Below, in pieces: positions 9,501 through 18,829 of a stretch of DNA of 45,144 nt. Source of the stretch: Nemertoderma westbladi (lineage: Eukaryota > Animalia > Xenacoelomorpha); NCBI GenBank assembly GCA_032718475.1, contig JAUCBJ010006678.1:1-45144 (forward strand), read 5' to 3'. Numbering within the stretch: position 1 is the stretch's first letter; the number at the start of each line of letters is the position of its first letter. The notes under the pieces were generated by a model that was given only the letters and a program-made list of their open reading frames with translations, did not search any database and was not told the DNA's origin. Position numbers and translations under genes: made by a program.

Positions 9501-11525
9501 ATCACCCTACTGATCGGACTTGATACACCGGAACTACTCATCCCCACCGGAGATATCGCCCGATCTATAAAACAGGATGACGGATTTTATGCTGAACGAA
9601 CAATAATGGGATGGACACTCTGCGGCATTAAGGAAGAAACTACTGACACCTATACCTACCTTCCCAGATGTCAGATTAAAGAGAATGCAACCTCCGTGGG
9701 TTATTGCTCAGCTACGGACCTTGACGAGGATATGTTTCTGGAGACCGAGAAAACCCAACAAGAGATGACGAAATATTTTAATCTAGAGACCCAGGAGTTC
9801 GCTGAAAAGGACGAAAACCCGTCCGAAGAGGATCAATATTGTATGGACGTTCTCGACCAGGCCACGTTCAAAGACGGACACTGGTGTTCACCTATGTTAT
9901 GGAAGGACCCAAACAAACCAATGGCAATCAACGCCAGCATGGCACTTAGGCGACTTAAGGGGATTCTACGCCGGCTGAATGACCAACCCGAGATAAAGGA
10001 GAAATATAATACCGTAATCCATGGATATCTCGACGATGGATTAGCAGAAATGGTACCACGGAATGAACTGCAAGGTGGTAAAAGAACATATTATCTCCCA
10101 ACCCACTATGTGGTAGAAGCCCGGAAGGGTGGGAAAATCCGAGTGGTAAATGATGCCGCCGCTATGTACCAGGGCGAATCCCTAAACAGTCAGCTTTACA
10201 CGGGACCCAACATATATAGTACACTCATCGGCGTATTGATCAGTTTCAGGGAAAACCGGGTAGCATTCACCTGCGACATCAAGGCCATGTTTCATCAAGT
10301 TCGTACGCTACCAAGAGACTCAGACTGTCTACGTATCCTATGGACGGATAAAACACTAACTCAACAGGAGATTAGTCAACTTACGATAAAGGACGTAGAC
10401 ATAATGCGTATGGTCGTCAGGATCTTCGGCGCTAAGGACTCGCCGGTAGCATGCAGTGACATGCTGAAGAGGACGGCAACTATGTGCGAAAACGAGTTCC
10501 CTCCAACCGTCATAGAAACCATCCGACGATGCTTTTACGTGGACGACGGATGCGCCGGCGCAGATAATGTGGACGAGGCATATCGGCTAGCAATGGGGAT
10601 GGTAGAATGTCTAAAGAAAGGAGGTTTTCCGCTCGTGAAGTTCAGATCCCACAACAAAACACTTATGGAAAAGTTTCCGGAGGACATCCGACTGGAAAAT
10701 AACAAAATGTATTCGGAGGATGTGGAACACCGTGTACTCGGGATTGAATGGGACATAGAATCAGACGAATTCATTTTCAAATATAAACCCCTACCCAAGC
10801 CTATGACGAAAAGGGGATGTTTGTCGATAAAAAGCGCCATCTTCGACCCACTAAATTTCATATCTCCAGTAACCTTGGCCGGAATGAACCTGATTAAGGA
10901 AATGTGGATAGAAGGACTGGGATGGGACGAAGAACTCCCCCCACACCTCAGCGTCAAATGGAGAAAATGGACGGAGCAGCTCGAACACCTACATCTTATG
11001 CGGATCCCTCAACCGTTCTTCCTCGATAAACTACCCACCGATATCTTCCAGCTCCATACCTTCTCGGATGCTTCGAATACCGGAATCGGCGTAGTCACCT
11101 TCTTACGAAGACTAAGCAACGATGGAAACGGCGATACGAGCTTCTTATTTTCTAAAGCTAAGACAGTATCCGGGGAATTCGTAGCAACGATTCCAAGACT
11201 CGAGTTACAGGCTGCAGTTTGGGCAGTGAGACAGAACCGCATGGTCATGCGGAACCTACGAATCCCCATCGAATCTCAACACTTCTGGGTCGATTCGAGT
11301 ATCGTTCTCTACTATCTCCACTCTCCATCCCGACGTCACACTACGTTTGTTGCGAACCGAGCCACGGAGATTAAACAGTGTACCGGCCGAGAACAGTGGC
11401 ATCACGTGAACGGGAAAGAAAATCCAGCGGATTTATCAAGCCGAGGCGCCACCCCAAAACAACTCGGTAAAAGTAAGCTCTGGCTTACAGGTCCGGAAGT
11501 CCTACAGCAGCCACAATTAACATAG
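6579..11525 (+). CDS. gag-pol: BEL/Pao Gag-Pol: coiled-coil Gag, DUF1759-like region, zinc knuckles, aspartic protease, RT, RNase H (ends at premature TAG)
   Basis: FEGDPVDY..F, CLYCGEKH..C / CFRCLGTGHYVREC / CAVC..HHTLLH, FLDNGSD, DIKAMFHQV, FYVDD, FSDAS, TIPRLELQAA, NPADLSSRG. Confidence 0.96.
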   Translation: MANNVSDIDEMDHHTDSEADEVPNVKNMTRRLGALKGGVTRAYQRIEKQLKGVKTPLNEIQTQLQSIRNILQRYEIMIQAYQELVPSTDQENYPRLEEHVVHLDGFRKQHWRTLSLVRGYEEQYYKRAERTDAESVRTSSTRTAVHRKRTGSSRNQHSSARSAVSGSAHSSQGGQPLRDQLRERKALALKARMEDEYIQLQTEQDVLAAEMQKREAERQAVQHEQDAEQCEQEAEQRRQEAEQHRREAERQAEQRRREAAQRGREAEREIEQRKWEAEMRKQHAEAQAILIHKKNADIAKLAEYEAALIERDIQLYEDWEREIDQDYEPILVPELEKSFTPTAAKLPKPEIPPTKQSTLSAQAPVFHPPPVTLKNEEPYFPSNPTTTSVSKYEPERDSERDATPRSNNPFTSTPQTRSRVLIKTPPIIDPSSMGVSANNYNPPSHSSSDDVGIIRALENRLAKPKMEIRTFEGDPVDYLRFKKRFFAQIGSTDIADAQKLVYLSQYLGDKPRRIMACFEGGSHEAYYDAWKTLDKRYGNTGTIINKTLERLIQDTGSLGDPQNIQEFSDSMKDAYYTLKPLNKEDQVNNILNLRQIARKFPGWLQSKWAYKCVDLRRRHPDRDPSFLEMSAFLDDISEAMNDSMFSKQSLAKLDGIESNSRSKIPPPKPRFRPPPVSTMAITMAEDSDDEDYEELTSAEEWACYLANWAPEREGITNSLLCLYCGEKHKVEFCRKFQFAELVPRFEAIMKHRGCFRCLGTGHYVRECDQRSCCAVCNDLRHHTLLHIPANFDFTTLPFRIETKRRGETNHVSKGSRTTQRRETNPFKTSTNASQVTNISATINLINRRYMVFAKVIPVRIQGVGKSLTTLAFLDNGSDGTIIDRDFLEQLGLDYEPCKRPIQTITDNREVHSGEVQLQMEGVMKGYETVKLTIKNALVHTDLRVRFRQSAEYAPLIQLDRDDVDLRCPPLDVNCITLLIGLDTPELLIPTGDIARSIKQDDGFYAERTIMGWTLCGIKEETTDTYTYLPRCQIKENATSVGYCSATDLDEDMFLETEKTQQEMTKYFNLETQEFAEKDENPSEEDQYCMDVLDQATFKDGHWCSPMLWKDPNKPMAINASMALRRLKGILRRLNDQPEIKEKYNTVIHGYLDDGLAEMVPRNELQGGKRTYYLPTHYVVEARKGGKIRVVNDAAAMYQGESLNSQLYTGPNIYSTLIGVLISFRENRVAFTCDIKAMFHQVRTLPRDSDCLRILWTDKTLTQQEISQLTIKDVDIMRMVVRIFGAKDSPVACSDMLKRTATMCENEFPPTVIETIRRCFYVDDGCAGADNVDEAYRLAMGMVECLKKGGFPLVKFRSHNKTLMEKFPEDIRLENNKMYSEDVEHRVLGIEWDIESDEFIFKYKPLPKPMTKRGCLSIKSAIFDPLNFISPVTLAGMNLIKEMWIEGLGWDEELPPHLSVKWRKWTEQLEHLHLMRIPQPFFLDKLPTDIFQLHTFSDASNTGIGVVTFLRRLSNDGNGDTSFLFSKAKTVSGEFVATIPRLELQAAVWAVRQNRMVMRNLRIPIESQHFWVDSSIVLYYLHSPSRRHTTFVANRATEIKQCTGREQWHHVNGKENPADLSSRGATPKQLGKSKLWLTGPEVLQQPQLT

Positions 11526-11609
11526 AGTACCCGATTCAACCCCAAACTCAATAGCGGAAAATACTCCGAGGATGATAAAGAGATCCGTAAAGTCCATAGA
11601 AGCAACGCA

Positions 11610-12314
11610 GTGGAAATTTATAGTTGTCTGACTGAGCCTGCAAAGGACTCGGGCAGGCACTATAACGTCGCGACGATCACTCAACCAGCGGCGTCTTTAC
11701 ATCTGTTGATTGAGCAAACTTCATCAATGAGACGGCTCATCCACCACGTTATAACCCTTCGCAACTTCCTACGGTGGAAAGACAACAAACCGATAGTTCA
11801 ACGGAGTATACAAGAACTCATTATCGCGGAGAAGTGTATCGTTGGATATGTCCAGAGAGAAAGTTTCCCCGATGAGTGGGAACAACTTAGTGCGGGCAAA
11901 ACCTTGAAACTGGACAGCCCAGTCTACCAACTGAGACCAATGATGGGAGAGGACGGACTGATCCGACTGAATACCCGGATGGCAAACGCCCCGGTCGAAT
12001 ATGAGGTTAAATACACGGCGCTTCCGCCCGGAACGTCGACACTAGCCAAGCTATTAATTCAACAATGTCACGAGGAAAACCATCACGCAGGACAGAACTG
12101 GATTATAGCTAATATAAGACAAAGATATTGGATCACCCACATCCAGCCACTGATCCGGAAAGTGTTGAAACGTTGCTTTATCTGCAGAAGATATCTAGCG
12201 CCACCACTCACACAAAAGATGGCCGACTTACCAGCCACCCGTCTACAGTCCGATTCCCCACCGTTCTACGTCACCGGAGTGGACTGTTTCGGACCGTTTA
12301 CAGTCATCGAATGA
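11610..12314 (+). pseudogene. pol: BEL/Pao pol continuation: integrase HHCC zinc-binding region (same frame, between two nonsense codons)
   Basis: HEENHHAG..RQRYWI..CFICRR, MADLP..R, TGVDCFGP; same frame as 6579. Confidence 0.93.
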
Positions 12315-12383
12315 CGATCCAACATCAAATGCTGGGGAGCCATTTTTACCTGCCTTAGGTCTAGAGCAATTTACCTAGACATT

Positions 12384-13241
12384 GTGGTAAACCTTACGCA
12401 ACACGCGTTCATCAATGCTCTGCGTCGGTTCGTGGCGAACAACGGGACATGTCGTCACATGCACTCCGATAATGGTACAAACTTTGTGGGAGGAGAACGA
12501 GAACTTAGAGAGGCGATCGAGGGATGGTTTACCGATAACACCGCATCCCAAGTCTGGAAGGAACACCAGATACAGTGGCACTTCCAGACCCCCTTAGCAC
12601 CCCATACGAGCGGGGTATGGGAGAAACTGATCGACTTAGTAAAACGGTCCATGCGCGTCGCTCTAGGAGACACCCGGGTAACCCATGACAGCCTCCGCAC
12701 CACATTCTGCAAGATCACGGCTACCCTGAACAACCGGCCCATTGTCCCTATCCGAGACAACCCCACAGACCTGGAGCCCCTCACTCCTAACCACCTACTG
12801 GGGAGACCCAAAACCCATGTTCTCCCAGAGACCATGTTTCCGGATCCCAACGATATCGCGAGACATACAAATTGGAAGAAGGCCCAAGCGTTGGCAGCGC
12901 ATTGGTGGAGAATCTGGGCCCAGAAGTATCTCATAACCCTCCGGACCAGGAGGAAGTGGAACAACACCTACAGGAATGTCGCAGTTGGCGACATGGTATT
13001 AGTAAAAGAAGATCTTAAAGACCGCGTCCACTGGCCTGTGGCGCGAGTCGCGGCAATACATCCGAGTAAAGACGGACTTGCGAGGACTGTGATGATACGA
13101 ACGGCAAAGGGCCACTACCAACGCCCTATCCAGAGGCTGTGCCTTCTCGAAGGCAATGACAGTGGTGATTCTACGAGAGGTGATAAGTTCCCTACTCAAG
13201 ATCCTGCTGCGGACATTGGTGACAATTACAAATGCGTTTAA
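12384..13241 (+). pseudogene. pol: BEL/Pao integrase core and C-terminal (DUF5641-like) domain
   Basis: SDNGTNFVG, GVWEKLI, LNNRP, LTPNHLL, W..YL..L..R.KW, DG..R.V; same frame after TGA at 12312. Confidence 0.94.
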
Positions 13242-13514
13242 ACCCTTCTCATCCTGTTGACAAACTCATCAAACTGTGATTTATCGACAATGATAATGGA
13301 CCCCCCTTAAACCAACTGTAACCACGCAATGGTATTTGTGTTTCCTCGTGTGTTATGTGGAGTCCAGCGTCACCCTGCAGATGTTTCGACTGACGCAGGG
13401 TCGTTTATGTATTGTTTACCCTGATTTTGGGCATCGGGACCGACGATATTGGATTATTGGAAATGGTAAAGATTTGAAGTGGAATTCATTGTATTCATTT
13501 CAGTATGTTATGTT

Positions 13515-13940
13515 GTCCGTTGCGTGCGCAGTTCGGGGCGTAGGCGGTGTAACGAGTCCAGCTGTAGATCCCGGATTGCCGCGCAACACCCCCTCTATCC
13601 CTTTATTCTGGTGGGTCCATGGTGCATCCACATGACTTCGACGATAGGGGGTTTTATGTTCTCAGTCGCGTTATTCTGGTGGGACCATTACGTGGATTTT
13701 GGGGCGTAGGCGGTGTAACGAGTCCAGCTGTAGATCCCAGAATGTTGCGTAACCCCATCCCACATGACTTCGTCGGCTGAGCTTTATGTTGTTGGGAGTG
13801 TTATTCTGGTGGGTCCCTGGTGCACTCCACGTGACTTCACTCCCAGCGTCTTCATTGTCCGTTACGTGCGCAGTTTGGGGCGTAGGCGGTGTAACGAGTC
13901 CAGCTGTAGATCCCAGATTGCCGCGTAACACCCCTTCCAC
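13515..13940 (+). repeat. three ~170-bp tandem repeats between pol and the extra ORF
   Basis: Core ggggcgtaggcggtgtaacgagtccagctgtagatccc at ~13536, 13701 and 13877. Confidence 0.88.
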
Positions 13941-14826
13941 AACAAAAATCTACCAAAGAAGATGATTGAATGTAGTTGGAAATGATGAAAAGAAACAGAC
14001 AACTATACTATAAACCGAATGATGATGCGTATGATGATGAAAATGTAATGATGCGCACCCTGGTGCTGCGCTTATAACAAATGATGATAGCCAGGGGGCT
14101 ATAACCCCAATGATGATGTGGAAATAAACAAAATTGAGAATAAATGGTGGAACTAAATGATGAAATATATGTGGAAATAAATGAAATGTGAAATAAATGG
14201 TAGAAATAAATGTGTTGAAATATGTTGAAATAAATGAAATGAGATGAAATAATAATGAGAAATGAAAAAAGACAAAAAAAGGTATAAAAAGTCTAAAGAA
14301 AAGAATTGGAAAAAAGAAAAGGACATAAAAAGTCAAAACTGGTTGGATATTAATGTATAGCTATAGTAACTGTAAATGCTGAATGTATTAGCAATAAGAT
14401 GGTAGATGCCTATATAGCAATGTTATTTAATAAACTGAATTACAAATAAACTGAATTATTCTGCAATCACTATAGTTTCAGACTTTCTGGACTTATAATT
14501 AACTGATCTAATTTGTAACGGACATAATCGTAAATATGGACCCAAATCGCCAAATTATCAGCGAATTACGTAACACGATAGATCTACTGGAATATTTGCA
14601 ACCTGGATCCCCTAACTTTGATACGAATTGGAGCGTCCTGATAAGAGAACGTGTGAATCATTAAATTCACTGGGCGAGAGAGGGACCGGATTCCAAGAAT
14701 CTACGAGCCCTCTGGTTAGCCGATGCTAGTACGAGACTGAAAATAACTCGGAACGCAAAGGCAACCAGAGGGGACGAGTCGTCGTTCTGGGAAACGTTCC
14801 GGCAAAGCGTCTACAAATCCCGATGT

Positions 14827-16197
14827 TTGATATACGACAACGAGGGAAACGCGACGCCCACCTCAAAAGTGATTACGTTGGCGAGATGTCAAAGTTTCGT
14901 CGACGACAAGAGTACGTACCTCGCCCACTGGGGAAACCTGTCGGAGTGTACGGCGACGCTACGAGAGGAACGTATATCGATCATCCAGAATCGCGACAAC
15001 TACCAGGAAAAGTACGGGGCGAAAGAATACGGTCGATCCTTGGTCGTCGTCCTCGGAACCCTGGACGGTTTGGTATTGGTATGTCGAATATTTCCGACAC
15101 CCAGACAGGAAGTGCAGGCAGCCGGAGCGATCTGGTTGCTACCTCCGGAAATCCAAAAGATCCTCTTCAACTTCGACATCATTAAAATCGGGTCGGATAT
15201 AAAGGCGGATGTCCGGAACAACTACGCGAACGCTCCTTCAGGAAGAAACCGACGAGACAACCTCAACGCCCTTAGCCATTGCATCGACACTCAAACGCTA
15301 TTAGCCTGGTTACGATTCGCCGAGTTCATGCGAGGATTCCGAGAGGTGAGACCGACGAAATCCGGGATCGGTTACCTCGCTGTGCTAAACGGCGGCATCG
15401 ACTTCAAACCCCAGAAATTCCGGGATTATAATAAAATATATGGTGGATACCCGGGATTAGAAATAAAGAGCGAGCGAGAGGGTCGATGGAAGGACGTTGA
15501 CTGGAAGTGGACGATACACCAAAGGTGGGAGAATCCTGATCGACGGAACTACATCTACGTCGTTATGGAGTGCTACACCGTCGCTAAGTTTATCTGTAAA
15601 ACTCTCGATAACCTCATTACGGCGGTTCCTCTTTCCTTCGTCGACTACGACTGGAACGAGGTTATAAACCACGCGTTCAAAGCGGTCGAGAACATCACAC
15701 CGGGAGAGACGAAAACGCTCGCCGTTATCGATTCCTGGGACGAGAGCGGACCTTACGACATCCCTACGATTACCGATATTCTCGGTGCGGAGGAGCCTCT
15801 GATTTCTTCGGAAGGGGAAGAACTATGGCTACATGAGGGTGTTCTACTCTCCACCCCAAAGCGACAACTCGAGTCGGAGGCCGCTTACCAACCGGCAGCC
15901 AAACGGGTTACCTCCGCCAAACCTACGACGGAAGCAGGCGTTTCCTCACCACTCGGCTTCGGTAGCCCTGCGAGGGAGTTAGTTACCACCTTGGCGTTAA
16001 ACCACTTCGGCGATACGTGCCAAAGGTTATCCCCGTATCCTTTCCCGGGTGGCGAAGACTGGTCGTCGGAGATTCCGAGTACCAGCAATCAACGGACCCG
16101 CTCAGCGATATTGGTCGAGAAGGGCCCCAGCGCTGCGCCGACTCCCGACGATCTCCTCGGAATCCCTCCGTCAAAAACCCCGGCACCTCTTCGCTGA
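14827..16197 (+). CDS. DEDDy 3'-5' exonuclease domain (WRN/EXD/mut-7-like)
   Basis: ExoI LIYDNEG, ExoII LPPEIQKILFNFDIIKIGSDIKAD, CIDTQ, GIGYLA..GIDFKP, ExoIII-like YVVME. Confidence 0.75.
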   Translation: MIYDNEGNATPTSKVITLARCQSFVDDKSTYLAHWGNLSECTATLREERISIIQNRDNYQEKYGAKEYGRSLVVVLGTLDGLVLVCRIFPTPRQEVQAAGAIWLLPPEIQKILFNFDIIKIGSDIKADVRNNYANAPSGRNRRDNLNALSHCIDTQTLLAWLRFAEFMRGFREVRPTKSGIGYLAVLNGGIDFKPQKFRDYNKIYGGYPGLEIKSEREGRWKDVDWKWTIHQRWENPDRRNYIYVVMECYTVAKFICKTLDNLITAVPLSFVDYDWNEVINHAFKAVENITPGETKTLAVIDSWDESGPYDIPTITDILGAEEPLISSEGEELWLHEGVLLSTPKRQLESEAAYQPAAKRVTSAKPTTEAGVSSPLGFGSPARELVTTLALNHFGDTCQRLSPYPFPGGEDWSSEIPSTSNQRTRSAILVEKGPSAAPTPDDLLGIPPSKTPAPLR

Positions 16198-16203
16198 CCA
16201 GCG

Positions 16204-17136
16204 GTGGCTACCACACCCTCCGTTCCTCAGGATCCTATGCGACTAACCCGTTGGTACGCCGAGCAAACCGAATGGATCCACCGCCAGAAACGGTCGTCCG
16301 AGTTGAGACCGACGGGATACAAAGAAGGTTATCTGAGCGAGGACCTACTACGCAAAAGCCCAGCCTTCCGCGGGCTACCGACCACCGCGAATATTCAGAA
16401 GAGCGACCGACGACTCGAGTATTACGTCGGCGTCCCAATTCCGATATTCCCCGGTCGAGAGATGCAGTTGGAGGTGTGCGGTGACTGTGGTTCGGAGCAG
16501 TGCCCACGCGGTAGAAGGAATCGGGTTACCGATTCGTGCCTCCAGCTCCTCGGGATACTCTATTGCCCATACTGCGCGACATCGGGCCACGACGTTTCCG
16601 TCTGTCCAATCCTATATAACCTCTGCACCACGTGCGGTTTCCATGGACATTCCTCTAGCCCCCGCTGCTATATCAAATGTCCTACCAAAGACGTTACCAC
16701 TATGGGAAATATGGTCATGTTTGAAACATACGCAAACAGCCACATAAAGACCAAGGTTCGGAGAAACGCTCGGAATATCGCGCAGGAGATGGCGTGCGGG
16801 TATTTTTCCTTCCCGGAGCGCCTCCATACGACGGCAACGCTACTTTTCCATTACGTGGATCTGTTGCTGAGCGCCGGATTATTCGGCCCATTCGAAGTCC
16901 TTAGACGCCTATACTCGTATAAAGAGGAGTTCGGTGACGGAGAGTGGTCCCTCGAGGCTCGCAACTCCGAGTTGGAACGACGAACCGACATGATCCCAAT
17001 GCCATCGAAAAGAAGAGCCGCCAGGAGACAAGCCGAAGCATTGCTCACGATGGATGTTGACGCTCCCCTTCCAGCTCTAGTGATCGACGAGAGTCGACGG
17101 GCGAAGAGGAGAGAGGCGTATCAGAGAAAGAAATAG
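16204..17136 (+). CDS. Cys/His zinc-knuckle cluster with basic C-terminus
   Basis: CGDC..., CPYCATSGHDVSVC (CX2CX4HX4C), CTTCGFHGH..C; ends RRAKRREAYQRKK. Confidence 0.75.
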   Translation: MATTPSVPQDPMRLTRWYAEQTEWIHRQKRSSELRPTGYKEGYLSEDLLRKSPAFRGLPTTANIQKSDRRLEYYVGVPIPIFPGREMQLEVCGDCGSEQCPRGRRNRVTDSCLQLLGILYCPYCATSGHDVSVCPILYNLCTTCGFHGHSSSPRCYIKCPTKDVTTMGNMVMFETYANSHIKTKVRRNARNIAQEMACGYFSFPERLHTTATLLFHYVDLLLSAGLFGPFEVLRRLYSYKEEFGDGEWSLEARNSELERRTDMIPMPSKRRAARRQAEALLTMDVDAPLPALVIDESRRAKRREAYQRKK

Positions 17137-17304
17137 TGGACCGGGATATTCCAGGAACATTTATTGAACATTTATTTTATACATATATATCTATATAAAC
17201 TCTAGGCCAAATTAATTAAGACTATGCAATATTAAATTTGGGTTTTTTATATTGGGAATGACCTACGCAAACTCAATCTACCGATAGACCTCACGAAGGT
17301 CATT

Positions 17305-17313
17305 GGGGGGGAC
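17305..17313 (+). other. polypurine tract of the BEL/Pao element
   Basis: GGGGGGGAC immediately before the 3' LTR TG at 17314. Confidence 0.85.
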
Positions 17314-18824
17314 TGTTCGCGGTATTTCAACTTTTCATAACGCGAGTTGAATATTTTTTGTATTTATTTAAAATGATTATTCCGATATTACTACTGGGTG
17401 CGGGACCATGGGTTTTGGGCACATTCAATGGACTGGGGGCGATTTATGGGCGAACATTGGGGCAACTTACAGGGTACGGGAATAATTTCATAGTTATAAG
17501 GGCCAGGGGTGGGAGGCAAAGTTAAGCAGTATTCAGGTTAGCCTGAGTACTATTAGGCCCTGGCCAACTTCCTGCTGCCTGTAGAGGTGGATTTGGTAAC
17601 GCACCAGGCCTAAAGGACAAGGACTGCCCTTAGCGGCCCCTGGCCAACAGCAGTTATTACGAGCCTGAAAAGGACATCGGAACGCCGGCTGCTTGCGCCA
17701 GGGATTCGCGACAGGAAACGACAGCCCCCTTAGCTAAGCCGTACTGGTTCTCGATGACCGATCCCTTCGGGGTTCGCGAGGGGTGCGACGGACATGCGAA
17801 AGGGTGGCCGACTTACAGAGGAAGGGTTTGACGAGGACTGCCCTTAGCGGTCTCTGGTCAACAGCAGTTATTACGAGCCTGAAAAGGACATCGGAAAGTC
17901 TGCTGCTTGTGCCAGGGATCTGCGACGGGAACCGACGACAGACCCCTTAGCTAAGCCGTACTGGTTCTCGATGATCGTTCCCTTCAGGGTTCATGAGGGG
18001 TGGGACGGACATGCGATGGGGTCGAAAGACAAAGGACTGGACGCTACTGGCCTACCGACTGTTCGGAGCAGTTTCTGGGCTGCCGAAGCGACTACGAGCC
18101 TGAATAAGGACTCGGAAAGCCTCGGTGGTTGGGTCTCTGCGATGAACCGACGGACCCCTAGCCAAGCCGTACTGGTTCTCGATGATCGAACCCCTCGGGG
18201 TTCGGGAGGGGTGGGACGGATACGCGAACGGGTCCACCGACATGACAGACTCCTAGCCAAGCCGTACTGGTTCTCGATGATCGATCCCTTCGGGGTTCGG
18301 GAGGGGTGGGACAGATAAGTGACAGAGTCTACCGACTGGACCGACCCTTAGCCAAGCCGTGCTGGTTCTCGATGATCGATCCCTTCGGGGTTCGGGAGGG
18401 GTGGAACGGACACGCGACAGGGTTGACCGACACCGACACTATGGCATCAAGACTAGGACCGAGGGAAAATCTGGGGAACATTAGTTAGGCTAAAATCTGA
18501 GCGAACAGTGGGTTATTAAATAATATACTGTAGGGATTTATATTGTCGTGTATAATTATTGTGAATATTTGGTGTATATTGATTTGGGGAAGCCCAATTA
18601 ATTCTCAATCAGGGTTCAATGATGTTGAACAGGGTTCAACAGTAGGAAGTTACATTAAAGAGTATATCCAACCAATGCAACGTTTCTTCAACCGCAATCC
18701 TGCATCTAAGAAATTTCTCCTTCTCCACAATCAATATCCGGTGACTGGCCGGGACTCTGTGGTCTGTAAAGTCACGTCTCCAGCATCGGCGTTTTTCCCC
18801 CCTGGTGTTGGGATAACGGCAACA
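17314..18824 (+). repeat. BEL/Pao 3' LTR
   Basis: Direct repeat of 4630-6140, followed by TSD ATTGG. Confidence 0.97.
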
Positions 18825-18829
18825 ATTGG

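Larger units (their letters stand above)
14536..17136 (+). pseudogene. accessory ORF (~866 codons): DEDDy 3'-5' exonuclease + low-complexity linker + zinc-knuckle cluster; two in-frame stops (14662, 16195)
   Basis: ATG at 14536 is in frame with ORFs 14827..16197 and 16204..17136. Only TAA 14662 and TGA 16195 interrupt it. Confidence 0.8.
4630..18824 (+). mobile_element. full-length BEL/Pao LTR retrotransposon (14,195 bp) with an extra 3' ORF
   Basis: Two 1511-bp TG...CA LTRs; 5-bp TSD ATTGG at 4625-4629 and 18825-18829; PPT at 17305-17313; BEL-type gag-pol. Confidence 0.97.

Noticed and set aside
11523-11525. programmed stop-codon readthrough between RNase H and integrase
   Set aside because: Falls where BEL proteins usually have Trp (TGG>TAG); three other similar nonsense changes indicate decay.
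13950-14336. 128-aa hydrophobic antisense ORF as a membrane protein
   Set aside because: By-product of an A-rich low-complexity plus strand (Phe/Ile/His bias).
14536-17136. env gene in the 3' ORF position
   Set aside because: No signal peptide, furin site/fusion peptide arrangement or TM anchor seen; nuclease and zinc-knuckle motifs instead.
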